A stretch of 64,000 bases of DNA from a virus, in IMG/VR virus record IMGVR_UViG_3300038560_000007, positions 1 through 64,000 of that record; one strand, written 5' to 3'. Made by a program: the position numbers and the translations under genes. Below are positions 1 to 7,581 of the stretch, one piece after another (position 1 is the first letter of the stretch; each line of letters starts with the position of its first letter). The notes under the pieces are model-generated. The model was not told where the DNA came from and did no database searches. It saw only the letters and a list, made by a program, of their open reading frames with translations.

Positions 1-84
1 CCCTATGCAGCCCTATGCAGAGGCAAGGAGGGCTTGATCTGACTATGCAGTCAGAGGCAAGGAGGGCTTGATCTGACTATGCAG
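1..84. repeat. Short direct repeats at window start (possible genome end/packaging region)
   Basis: CAGAGGCAAGGAGGGCTTGATCTGACTATGCAG at 18-50 and 52-84; CTATGCAG occurs 4 times. Confidence 0.8.
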
Positions 85-139
85 GCACACCCTACCCCTG
101 CATTTTAAAAGATCTTGAAGCCACACCCTACTACACCCG

Positions 140-168
140 TTGTGAAATGATGATTCAGCCTATATAAT
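140..168 (+). promoter_or_regulatory. Phage early promoter P1
   Basis: TTGTGA-17 nt-TATAAT; same TATATAAT context as 9 other copies. Confidence 0.75.
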
Positions 169-237
169 AAAGATATAGGAAAACAGCAGAACAAGATCCG
201 GAGCAAGATCCGGATCAAGAACCGAAAGGATCATGCT

Positions 238-495
238 ATGTCCAACACGGAACTCGCAGTCATCGAGCGGACCGAAGAGTCCGTCACGATCTCCCCATAC
301 CGCGCGGCCCAGCTAGTCAACGAGATGTTCAGGGAGCTCGGACTCACGAAGCAGATCCCTCCGCAGATGATCTACACTTACGTCCGCAAGGGGTACATCA
401 CCGCAACGGACCGCCGGATCGACCGCCAGTCCTTCGAGACTTGGGCCCGCCCGTACATCGAGCGGACCGCCAAGCGGGCCATGAAGACAGCGTAG
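238..495 (+). CDS. Putative HTH DNA-binding protein, paralogue family A
   Basis: ISPYRAAQLVN...IPPQMIYTYVRKG motif shared with 2024-2467, 4907-5353 and more weakly 20690-21175. Confidence 0.6.
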   Translation: MSNTELAVIERTEESVTISPYRAAQLVNEMFRELGLTKQIPPQMIYTYVRKGYITATDRRIDRQSFETWARPYIERTAKRAMKTA

Positions 496-575
496 CCGGA
501 CCAGAGTGGACAGGGGCTAAAGCCCCTAGTCCGCTCCGGACTTACTACGAAGTCCGATTAAGGAGGGAGGGAACG

Positions 576-884
576 ATGTCCGACATCGACTACGATGCCC
601 TAGCGGCAGCGATCCTGAACCGCGAGTTCGGTCCGAGGAACGATCGGATCACGCAACGCGACCTGACCACGTCGTCAGTTCCGCCAAAGCGGGACGGCAA
701 GCGGCACAACGATCGGGTCAAGGAACGCGGGTCCGAACTGCCGAAGGATTTCATCAGAGCGGCCTACACCGACCACCTACAAGCAGAAGCCCAAACCGCT
801 CGGTTGCCGCGAGAAAGCGGCCCGCGATGGAACGGGATCGTCACCCGATCGAACACCAGCTTCGGCCCAGGCCGAGCGCATTAG
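576..884 (+). CDS. Hypothetical protein
   Basis: AAGGAGGGAGG RBS before ATG 576. Confidence 0.65.
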   Translation: MSDIDYDALAAAILNREFGPRNDRITQRDLTTSSVPPKRDGKRHNDRVKERGSELPKDFIRAAYTDHLQAEAQTARLPRESGPRWNGIVTRSNTSFGPGRAH

Positions 885-892
885 GAGGAAAA

Positions 893-1027
893 ATGGCCAG
901 CATCATGACGCCAGAGATTGGTGTCGGAACGACCGGCCCGACCATCACCATTCGCATGAGGCAGGTTGTATTCGGCCAGTCCTTCTGGACTGACTGCATC
1001 ATCCACCCTGTTGTCACCCGCCCCTAG
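893..1027 (+). CDS. Small hypothetical protein
   Basis: AGGAGG RBS before ATG 893. Confidence 0.55.
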   Translation: MASIMTPEIGVGTTGPTITIRMRQVVFGQSFWTDCIIHPVVTRP

Positions 1028-1203
1028 GCAAGCGAACCCACGTAGCAGGCAGCCGTCACGGTGCAACCGATGACCACGTCGATCGGGAACCGGAGTAGCG
1101 GAAGCCAGGACCGAAAGTTAGCGAGCCTACCCACCCTCTAGACGCCGGGACGCAAGCGCCGACCGATTCCACATCGGCAACGAACAAAGCTACGTACGGC
1201 ATC

Positions 1204-1257
1204 AGGACGAAACCTGCGACGGCAGGTCCACGGCTAGAAGCCGTGCCGATGAGTCCT
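1204..1257 (+). ncRNA. Type II hammerhead ribozyme HH1 (U4C core variant); cleavage after C1228
   Basis: AGGAC-GAAA-CCTGC gacg GCAGG-TC^-CACGGC tagaa GCCGTG-CCGATGA-GTCCT; all three stems pair. Confidence 0.88.
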
Positions 1258-1277
1258 AGCAAAGAAGGAGACCAGCC

Positions 1278-1568
1278 ATGAAGAAGTTCGTAGTCCGAGT
1301 ATACGAAGTGACCATCAAGGACACCGATCAGTACAATAACCTGATGGACCAGATGATCTCAGACGACCCGGAGATCGAGACCGGCAACAACGGAGACCCG
1401 TCCAGAGAGTGGCTGGACGAGCAACTGGCGCTCCGGATGACGTACCAGTACGACATGGGCAATTACGTGACCGCGGACGCGGCCGTCAACGGAGTCCTTG
1501 AAGGGGACGCGTACGTGGTCAGCCTGGACCAAGTCAATCGCATCCAGAACATCCTGCTAGAACGGTGA
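1278..1568 (+). CDS. Hypothetical protein
   Basis: GAAGGAG RBS directly downstream of HH1. Confidence 0.75.
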   Translation: MKKFVVRVYEVTIKDTDQYNNLMDQMISDDPEIETGNNGDPSREWLDEQLALRMTYQYDMGNYVTADAAVNGVLEGDAYVVSLDQVNRIQNILLER

Positions 1569-1636
1569 CGTCACCAAGCTAAGTCACACCCGCCTACATC
1601 AGCCCCCTTCAAAATTAAAGATCTTGAAAAAAGTCC

Positions 1637-1666
1637 TTGAAGGGGCCGCGAGGTCCGCGCTATAAT
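1637..1666 (+). promoter_or_regulatory. Promoter P2
   Basis: TTGAAG-18 nt-TATAAT; AAAGATCTTGAA upstream. Confidence 0.7.
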
Positions 1667-1711
1667 AAAAGTAGAAGCAAAAAACCAACACAAATCCGAG
1701 GCAGGATCAAG

Positions 1712-1933
1712 ATGAAGATTTCGTACCTCAAGGATCAGAAGTTCAGGCCAAAGCCGGTTACGACGAACATGAACTACGTCCGTTGTCCGTGCGAGCCTAA
1801 GACCAACGTACCAGGTTGGTTGCTGGACAAGATCGCCGAGGAGCGCCTGACCGGAAGGTTCAACGTACGAAAGTCAAACCTATGCCCCGGGTGCGGAGAG
1901 TACCGCTCCGTGAACGGTACATGTAGCTGCTAG
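1712..1933 (+). CDS. Small Cys-rich (Zn-binding) protein
   Basis: CPC...CPGC...CSC; GGCAGGA before ATG 1712. Confidence 0.6.
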   Translation: MKISYLKDQKFRPKPVTTNMNYVRCPCEPKTNVPGWLLDKIAEERLTGRFNVRKSNLCPGCGEYRSVNGTCSC

Positions 1934-1942
1934 GACCGAACA

Positions 1943-1994
1943 GGACGAAACGTACGAGAGTACGTCCACGACTGAGAGTCGTGCCGATGAGTCC
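1943..1994 (+). ncRNA. Type II hammerhead ribozyme HH2 (U4C variant); cleavage after C1966
   Basis: GGAC-GAAA-CGTAC gaga GTACG-TC^-CACGAC tgaga GTCGTG-CCGATGA-GTCC. Confidence 0.88.
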
Positions 1995-2023
1995 ATCGGA
2001 ACAAACACGGAAGGAATCCCGTC

Positions 2024-2467
2024 ATGAGTGCAAACCGCAATCGCCGGCCCACGCGTCCGCAGGCCCCGAAGGCGCAGGAGCCCAAGACCGGCACCGAGCT
2101 CGTCCTCTACGGGGACGGCAAGGAGGAGTTGATCGAGGGAACCTTCGTCGAGGAGCCCGAGACCAACGAGCCAGAGACCGACGCCGAAGAGGCCGACGTC
2201 ACCGAGACGGCCGAGGACGCTCCCAAGCGGAAGCGCGTGTTCGTCCTCACACCGTACCAGGCGGCCAAGATCGTGAACCGCAAGCTGATCGAGGCAGGCA
2301 TCGAGAAGGTGCTGCCGCCCCAGATGCTGTACACGTACCGCAAGCAGGGCAAGTTCACCTCGCTGAAGGCCGAAGACGGCCGCTACATGGTGGAGCCGAT
2401 GAGCTTCCTGGCCTGGTGCGACAGCTACATCGCCCGAGTCGCCAAGCGCGAGGCCGAGGCAGCCTGA
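2024..2467 (+). CDS. Putative HTH DNA-binding protein, family A, acidic N-terminal linker
   Basis: LTPYQAAKIVN...LPPQMLYTYRKQG. Confidence 0.65.
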   Translation: MSANRNRRPTRPQAPKAQEPKTGTELVLYGDGKEELIEGTFVEEPETNEPETDAEEADVTETAEDAPKRKRVFVLTPYQAAKIVNRKLIEAGIEKVLPPQMLYTYRKQGKFTSLKAEDGRYMVEPMSFLAWCDSYIARVAKREAEAA

Positions 2468-2476
2468 CCGAGAGAA

Positions 2477-2528
2477 AGGACGAAACCGCTTCGGCGGTCC
2501 ACGGATTAGATCCGTGCTGACGAGTCCT
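2477..2528 (+). ncRNA. Type II hammerhead ribozyme HH3; cleavage after C2499
   Basis: AGGAC-GAAA-CCGC ttcg GCGG-TC^-CACGGA ttaga TCCGTG-CTGACGA-GTCCT; canonical CUGANGA/GAAA/GUC core. Confidence 0.95.
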
Positions 2529-2547
2529 AGAAAGGCAGGAATCAGAA

Positions 2548-2781
2548 ATGGCCAGCATCTTTGCCGGGCTCACGCCCGAGCAGATCAAAGCCCTTACCCC
2601 TCAGGAGATCGGCGACCTGGTAGACAAGTCAATGGTGGGGCGTGTCTGGATCTCCAGGAGCAGCATCACCTGGAGCGGTACTCTCCGCAGGGTCGGAGAG
2701 GCACGAGCAGTGCCGGAGGCGGAGGTTGAGCAGTTTCTCGCTGACGGGTGGCACCTAGTCACACCCGAGTCTGGTGACTGA
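2548..2781 (+). CDS. Hypothetical protein
   Basis: ORF downstream of HH3 with GGCAGGA RBS. Confidence 0.65.
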   Translation: MASIFAGLTPEQIKALTPQEIGDLVDKSMVGRVWISRSSITWSGTLRRVGEARAVPEAEVEQFLADGWHLVTPESGD

Positions 2782-2926
2782 CGTGAACATGGAGACGCTG
2801 TGGCCGTGCCTCATGCACATCGCCACGTGTGGACACCATCTCGCGTACACGCTTCACGTGTTCCACGAGGGTGGACGAACGTTCGGAGCGTACTACTTCA
2901 AGCTAGTACGCAACTAAGGAGGGAAC

Positions 2927-3214
2927 ATGGAACACAAGAGCTCCGACGGCCACGCGATCGAGGTCGGCAAGAAGTTCTGGAACAACGACCTTCGCGTGTG
3001 CGAGATCACCGAGGTTGCTTCCTGGAGCAACGAGTACGCCGACACCGGGTGCACGCAGACGTGGCACGACACCAACAAGGGCCACTTCGACACGCTGGAC
3101 GGATCGATGAAGCCGTACGGCAGGCTAGCCCGCTACTACGGCGGCAAGGATGCTGAGCGGTACGAAGCAGGTACGTACTACGGAGACATCAGCGGTCTTC
3201 CCAATCCGCTGTAA
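2927..3214 (+). CDS. Hypothetical protein
   Basis: AAGGAGGG RBS. Confidence 0.75.
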   Translation: MEHKSSDGHAIEVGKKFWNNDLRVCEITEVASWSNEYADTGCTQTWHDTNKGHFDTLDGSMKPYGRLARYYGGKDAERYEAGTYYGDISGLPNPL

Positions 3215-3217
3215 CCA

Positions 3218-3270
3218 AGGACGAAACGGCGAGAGCCGTCCACGGCTAGAGAGCCGTGCTGAAGAGTCCT
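3218..3270 (+). ncRNA. Type II hammerhead ribozyme HH4; cleavage after C3240
   Basis: AGGAC-GAAA-CGGC gaga GCCG-TC^-CACGGC tagaga GCCGTG-CTGAAGA-GTCCT. Confidence 0.95.
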
Positions 3271-3311
3271 GTAGGAGGACGACCATAGAGCAGTTCAAGG
3301 GAGAGTAGAAG

Positions 3312-3644
3312 ATGAAAGTCAAAGTATGCAAGTGTGGCCACGGTGACTATGAGCATATCGGGTCCGAGAAGAACGGCCCGTGTTCTCATTTGCTGCTAGT
3401 CTCAGAGCGCCATAGGTTCTGCGACTGCATGAAGTTCGAAGAGGAGGTGACAAAACTGGATATGGACGAGGCACACCTGAAGGCCGTCAAGGTCTTCCGC
3501 GAGGCCATGCAGGCCCGCATCGAAGAGTACATCAGCGAGTTCGAGCGCGAGGACGTCGACATCGATGGAGACTACGACCAGCCGATCCTAATGTACGACT
3601 TCGGCCTGTACCTACAGGTCGCCAGCGGGCACCACCCCGAGTAG
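3312..3644 (+). CDS. Hypothetical protein with N-terminal CxCGH...C motif
   Basis: CKCGH..H...C...CDC; RBS AAGGGAG. Confidence 0.65.
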   Translation: MKVKVCKCGHGDYEHIGSEKNGPCSHLLLVSERHRFCDCMKFEEEVTKLDMDEAHLKAVKVFREAMQARIEEYISEFEREDVDIDGDYDQPILMYDFGLYLQVASGHHPE

Positions 3645-3653
3645 CAAGGGACA

Positions 3654-3706
3654 GGGCGAAACGCGCTTCGGCGCGTCCACAGGTAAGTGCCTGTGCTGAT
3701 GAGCCC
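3654..3706 (+). ncRNA. Type II hammerhead ribozyme HH5; cleavage after C3677
   Basis: GGGC-GAAA-CGCGC ttcg GCGCG-TC^-CACAGG taagtg CCTGTG-CTGATGA-GCCC; stem II covaries (GGGC/GCCC). Confidence 0.95.
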
Positions 3707-3717
3707 AAGGAGGGCAC

Positions 3718-3990
3718 ATGTCAAAGATCCAGATCGAGCTGGACCTGACGACGATGCAATATCGTCGCCTGGTCGAGGACGCCGAAGAGGCGATGGACGC
3801 TGCGAGTAACCCGAACTCGTATGAGGCGTTCTACCAGCTTGCCAAGGCCATTTCCGACGCCAAGGGCTGGGAGCTCACCGCTCGCGACCCGGCTACGTGG
3901 AAAGAGGACCAGAGCGCCGAGTGGCGTGAGGAGCAGCAGGCGCAGTACGACGAGCAGTATCCGACACTCCCAGACATGCCGGCTCCATGA
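3718..3990 (+). CDS. Hypothetical protein
   Basis: AAGGAGGGCAC RBS adjoining HH5. Confidence 0.75.
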   Translation: MSKIQIELDLTTMQYRRLVEDAEEAMDAASNPNSYEAFYQLAKAISDAKGWELTARDPATWKEDQSAEWREEQQAQYDEQYPTLPDMPAP

Positions 3991-4086
3991 GAGAGCGGTT
4001 CCACGACTTCGTCTCCGAGATGCTGGTCGCCTTCTTCGAGGCGTACCAGCTCGCGAAGGCACAGAAAAGTTCCCATCGTTAGGGCC

Positions 4087-4116
4087 TTGCTTTTTGCTCG
4101 AGAGCCCCTATATAAT
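4087..4116 (+). promoter_or_regulatory. Promoter P3
   Basis: GGGCC-TTGCTT-18 nt-TATAAT-AGAAGTAG. Confidence 0.75.
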
Positions 4117-4146
4117 AGAAGTAGAGCCAAACTCCAAGGAGATACC

Positions 4147-4305
4147 GTGACCACACACAGGCGGCTACAGAAGACCATGCGCAGCCCGGCACGCGCGAAG
4201 CGCCGGGCCAAGAAGACGCCTTCGGCCATGCGCGAGCGCATGTACATGGCGTTCAGGGCACCACGTGAGGAGCTGGACAGTCTGTTCCTGCACCTCAAGG
4301 GCTAA
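4147..4305 (+). CDS. Small basic protein
   Basis: AAGGAG RBS, GTG start, Arg/Lys-rich. Confidence 0.55.
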   Translation: MTTHRRLQKTMRSPARAKRRAKKTPSAMRERMYMAFRAPREELDSLFLHLKG

Positions 4306-4307
4306 CA

Positions 4308-4360
4308 GGACGAAACGCGGAGTGTCCGCGTCCTAGCGTAAGGCGCTAGCTGACGAGTCC
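4308..4360 (+). ncRNA. Type II hammerhead ribozyme HH6; cleavage after C4332
   Basis: GGAC-GAAA-CGCGGA gtg TCCGCG-TC^-CTAGCG taagg CGCTAG-CTGACGA-GTCC. Confidence 0.95.
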
Positions 4361-4382
4361 GTCAGTACAACAAGGAGGGCAC

Positions 4383-4685
4383 ATGCCAGGAGACCCTAAG
4401 CCATCGCTGAATGCAGTCGAATTCGCTGCCGCGTTCGCGAAGGTATTCGCCCACGCGATCAGCCGAATAGGGCTAGAATGCCCCATTTTCGTCGACGACT
4501 CTGTGGGCACCACGTACGTAGTCGACAGCGTTACGTACGAGGAAGACATGGCGGGAGCCGTCGTAGTTCGTATCCACGAGCTGCCCAAGAGTCGGCATGA
4601 GCTACCTCGAGATGCGCAGGTCATCAGCGAGACGTGGGCCGAGTTCATCGAAGACACCGGTTCCTGTCTACGTACCGGAGCATGA
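4383..4685 (+). CDS. Hypothetical protein
   Basis: CAAGGAGGGCAC RBS. Confidence 0.7.
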   Translation: MPGDPKPSLNAVEFAAAFAKVFAHAISRIGLECPIFVDDSVGTTYVVDSVTYEEDMAGAVVVRIHELPKSRHELPRDAQVISETWAEFIEDTGSCLRTGA

Positions 4686-4781
4686 AGAGCCGGTCATGGC
4701 AATCCGCTTGGATGACCCCTACTCGAGATAGGTCATCAATTGATTTGCCCAAAAACAATTCAAAGATCTTGAATTGGAGCC

Positions 4782-4811
4782 TTGCTAAGTCCGCTAGGTC
4801 TCCTATATAAT
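4782..4811 (+). promoter_or_regulatory. Promoter P4
   Basis: TTGCTA-18 nt-TATAAT; AAAGATCTTGAA upstream. Confidence 0.75.
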
Positions 4812-4906
4812 TGAAGTATAAGCAAGAACGATCTGCGAGAGGTAGGCGAGAGCCGTCCACGGACGGTTGTCGGGTGCAACTCGCATCGGGAAGAGAGGTG
4901 ATACAC

Positions 4907-5353
4907 ATGACTGACACCGACACCAAGGCTCCGGAGACCGAGGCCAAGGTCGAGAAGAAGGCCAAGCGCGCCTACGTCTTCACGCCGTTCCAGGCGATGA
5001 AGAAGGTGAACGCGATGCTGGCAGAGGCGGGTGTTGAGCGGACCCTTCAGGGCCCCATGCTCTACTCCTACGCCAACTCCGGCAAGTTCAAGGTCGCTCC
5101 GGCGCAGGTCGACATCGATGCCAAGGCTGAGAAGCCGAGGCAGGAGGTCGACGAGGAGTCCTTCACCGAGTGGGCAAAGGCGTTCGTTGAGAGTGCCAAG
5201 AACGGTACCCGCAACACCTCCAAGAAGGCGGACAAGGCCGATGAGGCCGAGGACGCTGACGACAACGAGGTCGACGACGAAGACGAGTCCGATGAGGACG
5301 AGGACGCCGACGAGCTCGAGGACGACGACGAGGAGCTCGACGAGGCCGAGTAG
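4907..5353 (+). CDS. Putative HTH DNA-binding protein, family A, long Asp/Glu tail
   Basis: FTPFQAMKKVN...LQGPMLYSY; GAGGTG RBS; acidic C-terminus ending EAE. Confidence 0.7.
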   Translation: MTDTDTKAPETEAKVEKKAKRAYVFTPFQAMKKVNAMLAEAGVERTLQGPMLYSYANSGKFKVAPAQVDIDAKAEKPRQEVDEESFTEWAKAFVESAKNGTRNTSKKADKADEAEDADDNEVDDEDESDEDEDADELEDDDEELDEAE

Positions 5354-5372
5354 GTCAGGAGCTCCTCCGGTA

Positions 5373-5404
5373 ACTGAGTGGGCCTCTTCGGAGGCCCACT
5401 CGGT
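5373..5404 (+). terminator. Strong UUCG-capped hairpin (terminator-like, no U tract)
   Basis: ACTGAGTGGGCCTC-TTCG-GAGGCCCACTCGGT. Confidence 0.5.
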
Positions 5405-5511
5405 ACAGGACAGTACCAACCACGGCTAGTAAGCCGAGCACAATCCCGGGAACAATCCCGGACAAAAAGGCAGACACAAGAGCCCCAAAGGGGCAGGAAG
5501 CAAGGTCCAAA

Positions 5512-5865
5512 ATGCAGGACACAACCAAAGAGCATGGCACGGACTTCAGGCCGGGTAAGGCCCCCCTGAGGGTCACGCTGACCGGCAACGTCGCCCAGTT
5601 CCTGGCGAACGCTGGGCAGGAGATCGCGGACGCGTACGATGCGGCCGACGACGTCGACGAGCTGATCAAGCTCCTGGAAGGCCATGCCGACTGGACGTCG
5701 TACGACATGGACTGGACGCCTCCGCGTGGCGGCGCGAAGCAGACGTTCCACAACGTCTACCGGTCCACCCAGACCTCCGCTACGGAGGAGCTCCGCGTCA
5801 TCGTGACCAAGAGCAGCCGCGGCGACCTCAGCGTCACCTTCCACACCTGGTGGAAGCCGGCGTAA
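5512..5865 (+). CDS. Hypothetical protein
   Basis: ORF with phage-like codon usage. Confidence 0.7.
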   Translation: MQDTTKEHGTDFRPGKAPLRVTLTGNVAQFLANAGQEIADAYDAADDVDELIKLLEGHADWTSYDMDWTPPRGGAKQTFHNVYRSTQTSATEELRVIVTKSSRGDLSVTFHTWWKPA

Positions 5866-6009
5866 CAAGCCCCCGGTCCGGGGTGAAAGTGCACTGCAAG
5901 AGAGCCACACGTGCGGGACGACAGCCTGGTGCGGTTGCGCGCCCAGGCAAGAGAACCTGCGGGTGAGGACGACGGCAGGGCCAAGTACCCTCGGATCGGG
6001 TCCAACCAA

Positions 6010-6062
6010 GGTCGAAACGCCCTGTGAGGGCGTCGGCGGATTATGTCCGTCCTGATGAGACC
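6010..6062 (+). ncRNA. Type II hammerhead ribozyme HH7; cleavage after C6034
   Basis: GGTC-GAAA-CGCCCT gtg AGGGCG-TC^-GGCGGA ttatg TCCGTC-CTGATGA-GACC; stem II covaries (GGTC/GACC). Confidence 0.95.
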
Positions 6063-6073
6063 AAGGAGGCACA

Positions 6074-6322
6074 ATGGCTAGGCACGCTCGCGAAGAGGTC
6101 CTCGCAGAAATCGTCGAGGCCGACAAGCACGAGGCCCTGCTTATCGACACGATGTCCGCTCAGGATGTCGCCGAGGTTCTATTCGGCCTCTTCGGCGAAG
6201 CGACACTCGACGACGTCGGCGTGTTTCTCCGAACACGAAACGATGCCGAGTTCGCGATCCGATCAATCCGGCCGATTCTTCCCAACGAGGACATCATGGA
6301 CGGGAACACCGGAGCCGAGTAG
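6074..6322 (+). CDS. Hypothetical protein
   Basis: AAGGAGG RBS adjoining HH7; flanked by HH7 and HH8. Confidence 0.75.
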   Translation: MARHAREEVLAEIVEADKHEALLIDTMSAQDVAEVLFGLFGEATLDDVGVFLRTRNDAEFAIRSIRPILPNEDIMDGNTGAE

Positions 6323-6323
6323 A

Positions 6324-6376
6324 GGACGAAACGCCCGCCGAGGGCGTCCACGGGTAAGGCCCGTGCTGACGAGTCC
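6324..6376 (+). ncRNA. Type II hammerhead ribozyme HH8; cleavage after C6348
   Basis: GGAC-GAAA-CGCCC gccga GGGCG-TC^-CACGGG taagg CCCGTG-CTGACGA-GTCC. Confidence 0.95.
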
Positions 6377-6399
6377 GTCAGAGGCAAGGAGGGCACAGC

Positions 6400-7572
6400 A
6401 TGGAAGACACCACCCGAGAGGGGGTGAATCCCACGACTGAACGTACTGGCCTGGACAAGGCTATGTGCGAGGCTGAAACAGTCTATGAAGACTTCAGCCC
6501 GAACATGAGGAAGGCTTACAGGACGGTATTGGTTACCTTCGCGACGCATACACACTGTGTCGACATGGAAGGCAAGCTAGTATCCGACGCGACGCCGATA
6601 CCGGCGATCTTGAGCGACAAGCCGAACAGCGGTAAGACGACAGTCCTAGAACTAACGCGGCTGATGTCTCGCCGGGGCTACAAGGTCAGCGCGCGGAACA
6701 CGACCGCGCCCGGCATGCTCAGGGCCATCCAGGAGGAAAAGGCATCATTGTTCCTCGATCAGTTCGAAAGAATGATCAGTCATACTGGTCAGGGATTCGC
6801 CAACCGCCTAGACATCATCGAGACGGGGTATGAGAGGACAGGACAAAGCCTGGACGCGAATGGATTCCACTCGACGTTCTGCGCAAAGGCTCTAACGAGT
6901 CTACAGTCAATGTTCCTTGGCAATCCGAACCTCGAGGCAGTACGATCAAGATCGATTCCGATCTTCGTCGAGCCCATGCCCAGCGGCATGATGAATGACG
7001 ACGATTGGTACGATCCGGCGTTCCACGCCGCGATGGTCAAGAGCATAGGTGAACGCCTCGACAACGAGGTGCGAGTCGCGCTCGAGGACATCATGGTGGC
7101 ACGACCCTCAATGGAAGGCATCTCATCTAGGATGCGCCAGATCTGGAGGCCGCTTTTCCGTATCGCCCACGTGGCGGGTGGAGAATGGCCAGAGAGAGTC
7201 AAGGCCGCGTGCCGAGAGATCGCCCTAGGGCTGGAGACGAGCAAGAAGGTCCTCAGTCCACAGGAGCAGTTGATCGAGGACATCGGAATGGTCGTTGGCC
7301 TGACAGAAGGCGACCTCACGATCGGACAGATTGTTGATCGAGTCTTCGAAGAGGGTCTGCTCAGTGGGAAGTACTGGTCCAGTGAAGGGCAGGGATCCAG
7401 GGCCGTTGGTCGAGCGATGCGAGAGCTCGATGTTGACCAGTGGCGAATCTGGAAGGATGGAACTAACCGGCCAGGCTTCAAGAGGGCGGACCTAGAAAAG
7501 TCACCCTCGCTCGCTCGCTTCATCGCTTCACCAGATCTTGCAGAGCAAGATGAAGCTGCAGATGTAGCCTGA
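6400..7572 (+). CDS. P-loop ATPase, DUF3631-like (replication/primase-associated helicase type)
   Basis: Walker A-like KPNSGKTT, Walker B LFLDQ, SRSIPI, RxxQIWRPLFRIAHVAGGEWPER. Confidence 0.7.
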   Translation: MEDTTREGVNPTTERTGLDKAMCEAETVYEDFSPNMRKAYRTVLVTFATHTHCVDMEGKLVSDATPIPAILSDKPNSGKTTVLELTRLMSRRGYKVSARNTTAPGMLRAIQEEKASLFLDQFERMISHTGQGFANRLDIIETGYERTGQSLDANGFHSTFCAKALTSLQSMFLGNPNLEAVRSRSIPIFVEPMPSGMMNDDDWYDPAFHAAMVKSIGERLDNEVRVALEDIMVARPSMEGISSRMRQIWRPLFRIAHVAGGEWPERVKAACREIALGLETSKKVLSPQEQLIEDIGMVVGLTEGDLTIGQIVDRVFEEGLLSGKYWSSEGQGSRAVGRAMRELDVDQWRIWKDGTNRPGFKRADLEKSPSLARFIASPDLAEQDEAADVA

Positions 7573-7581
7573 GGAGACGAA

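Noticed and set aside
5068-6150. 360-aa minus-strand ORF (and 4760-5419)
   Set aside because: Antisense shadow of + strand genes; the poly-Ser is the reverse of the acidic tail.
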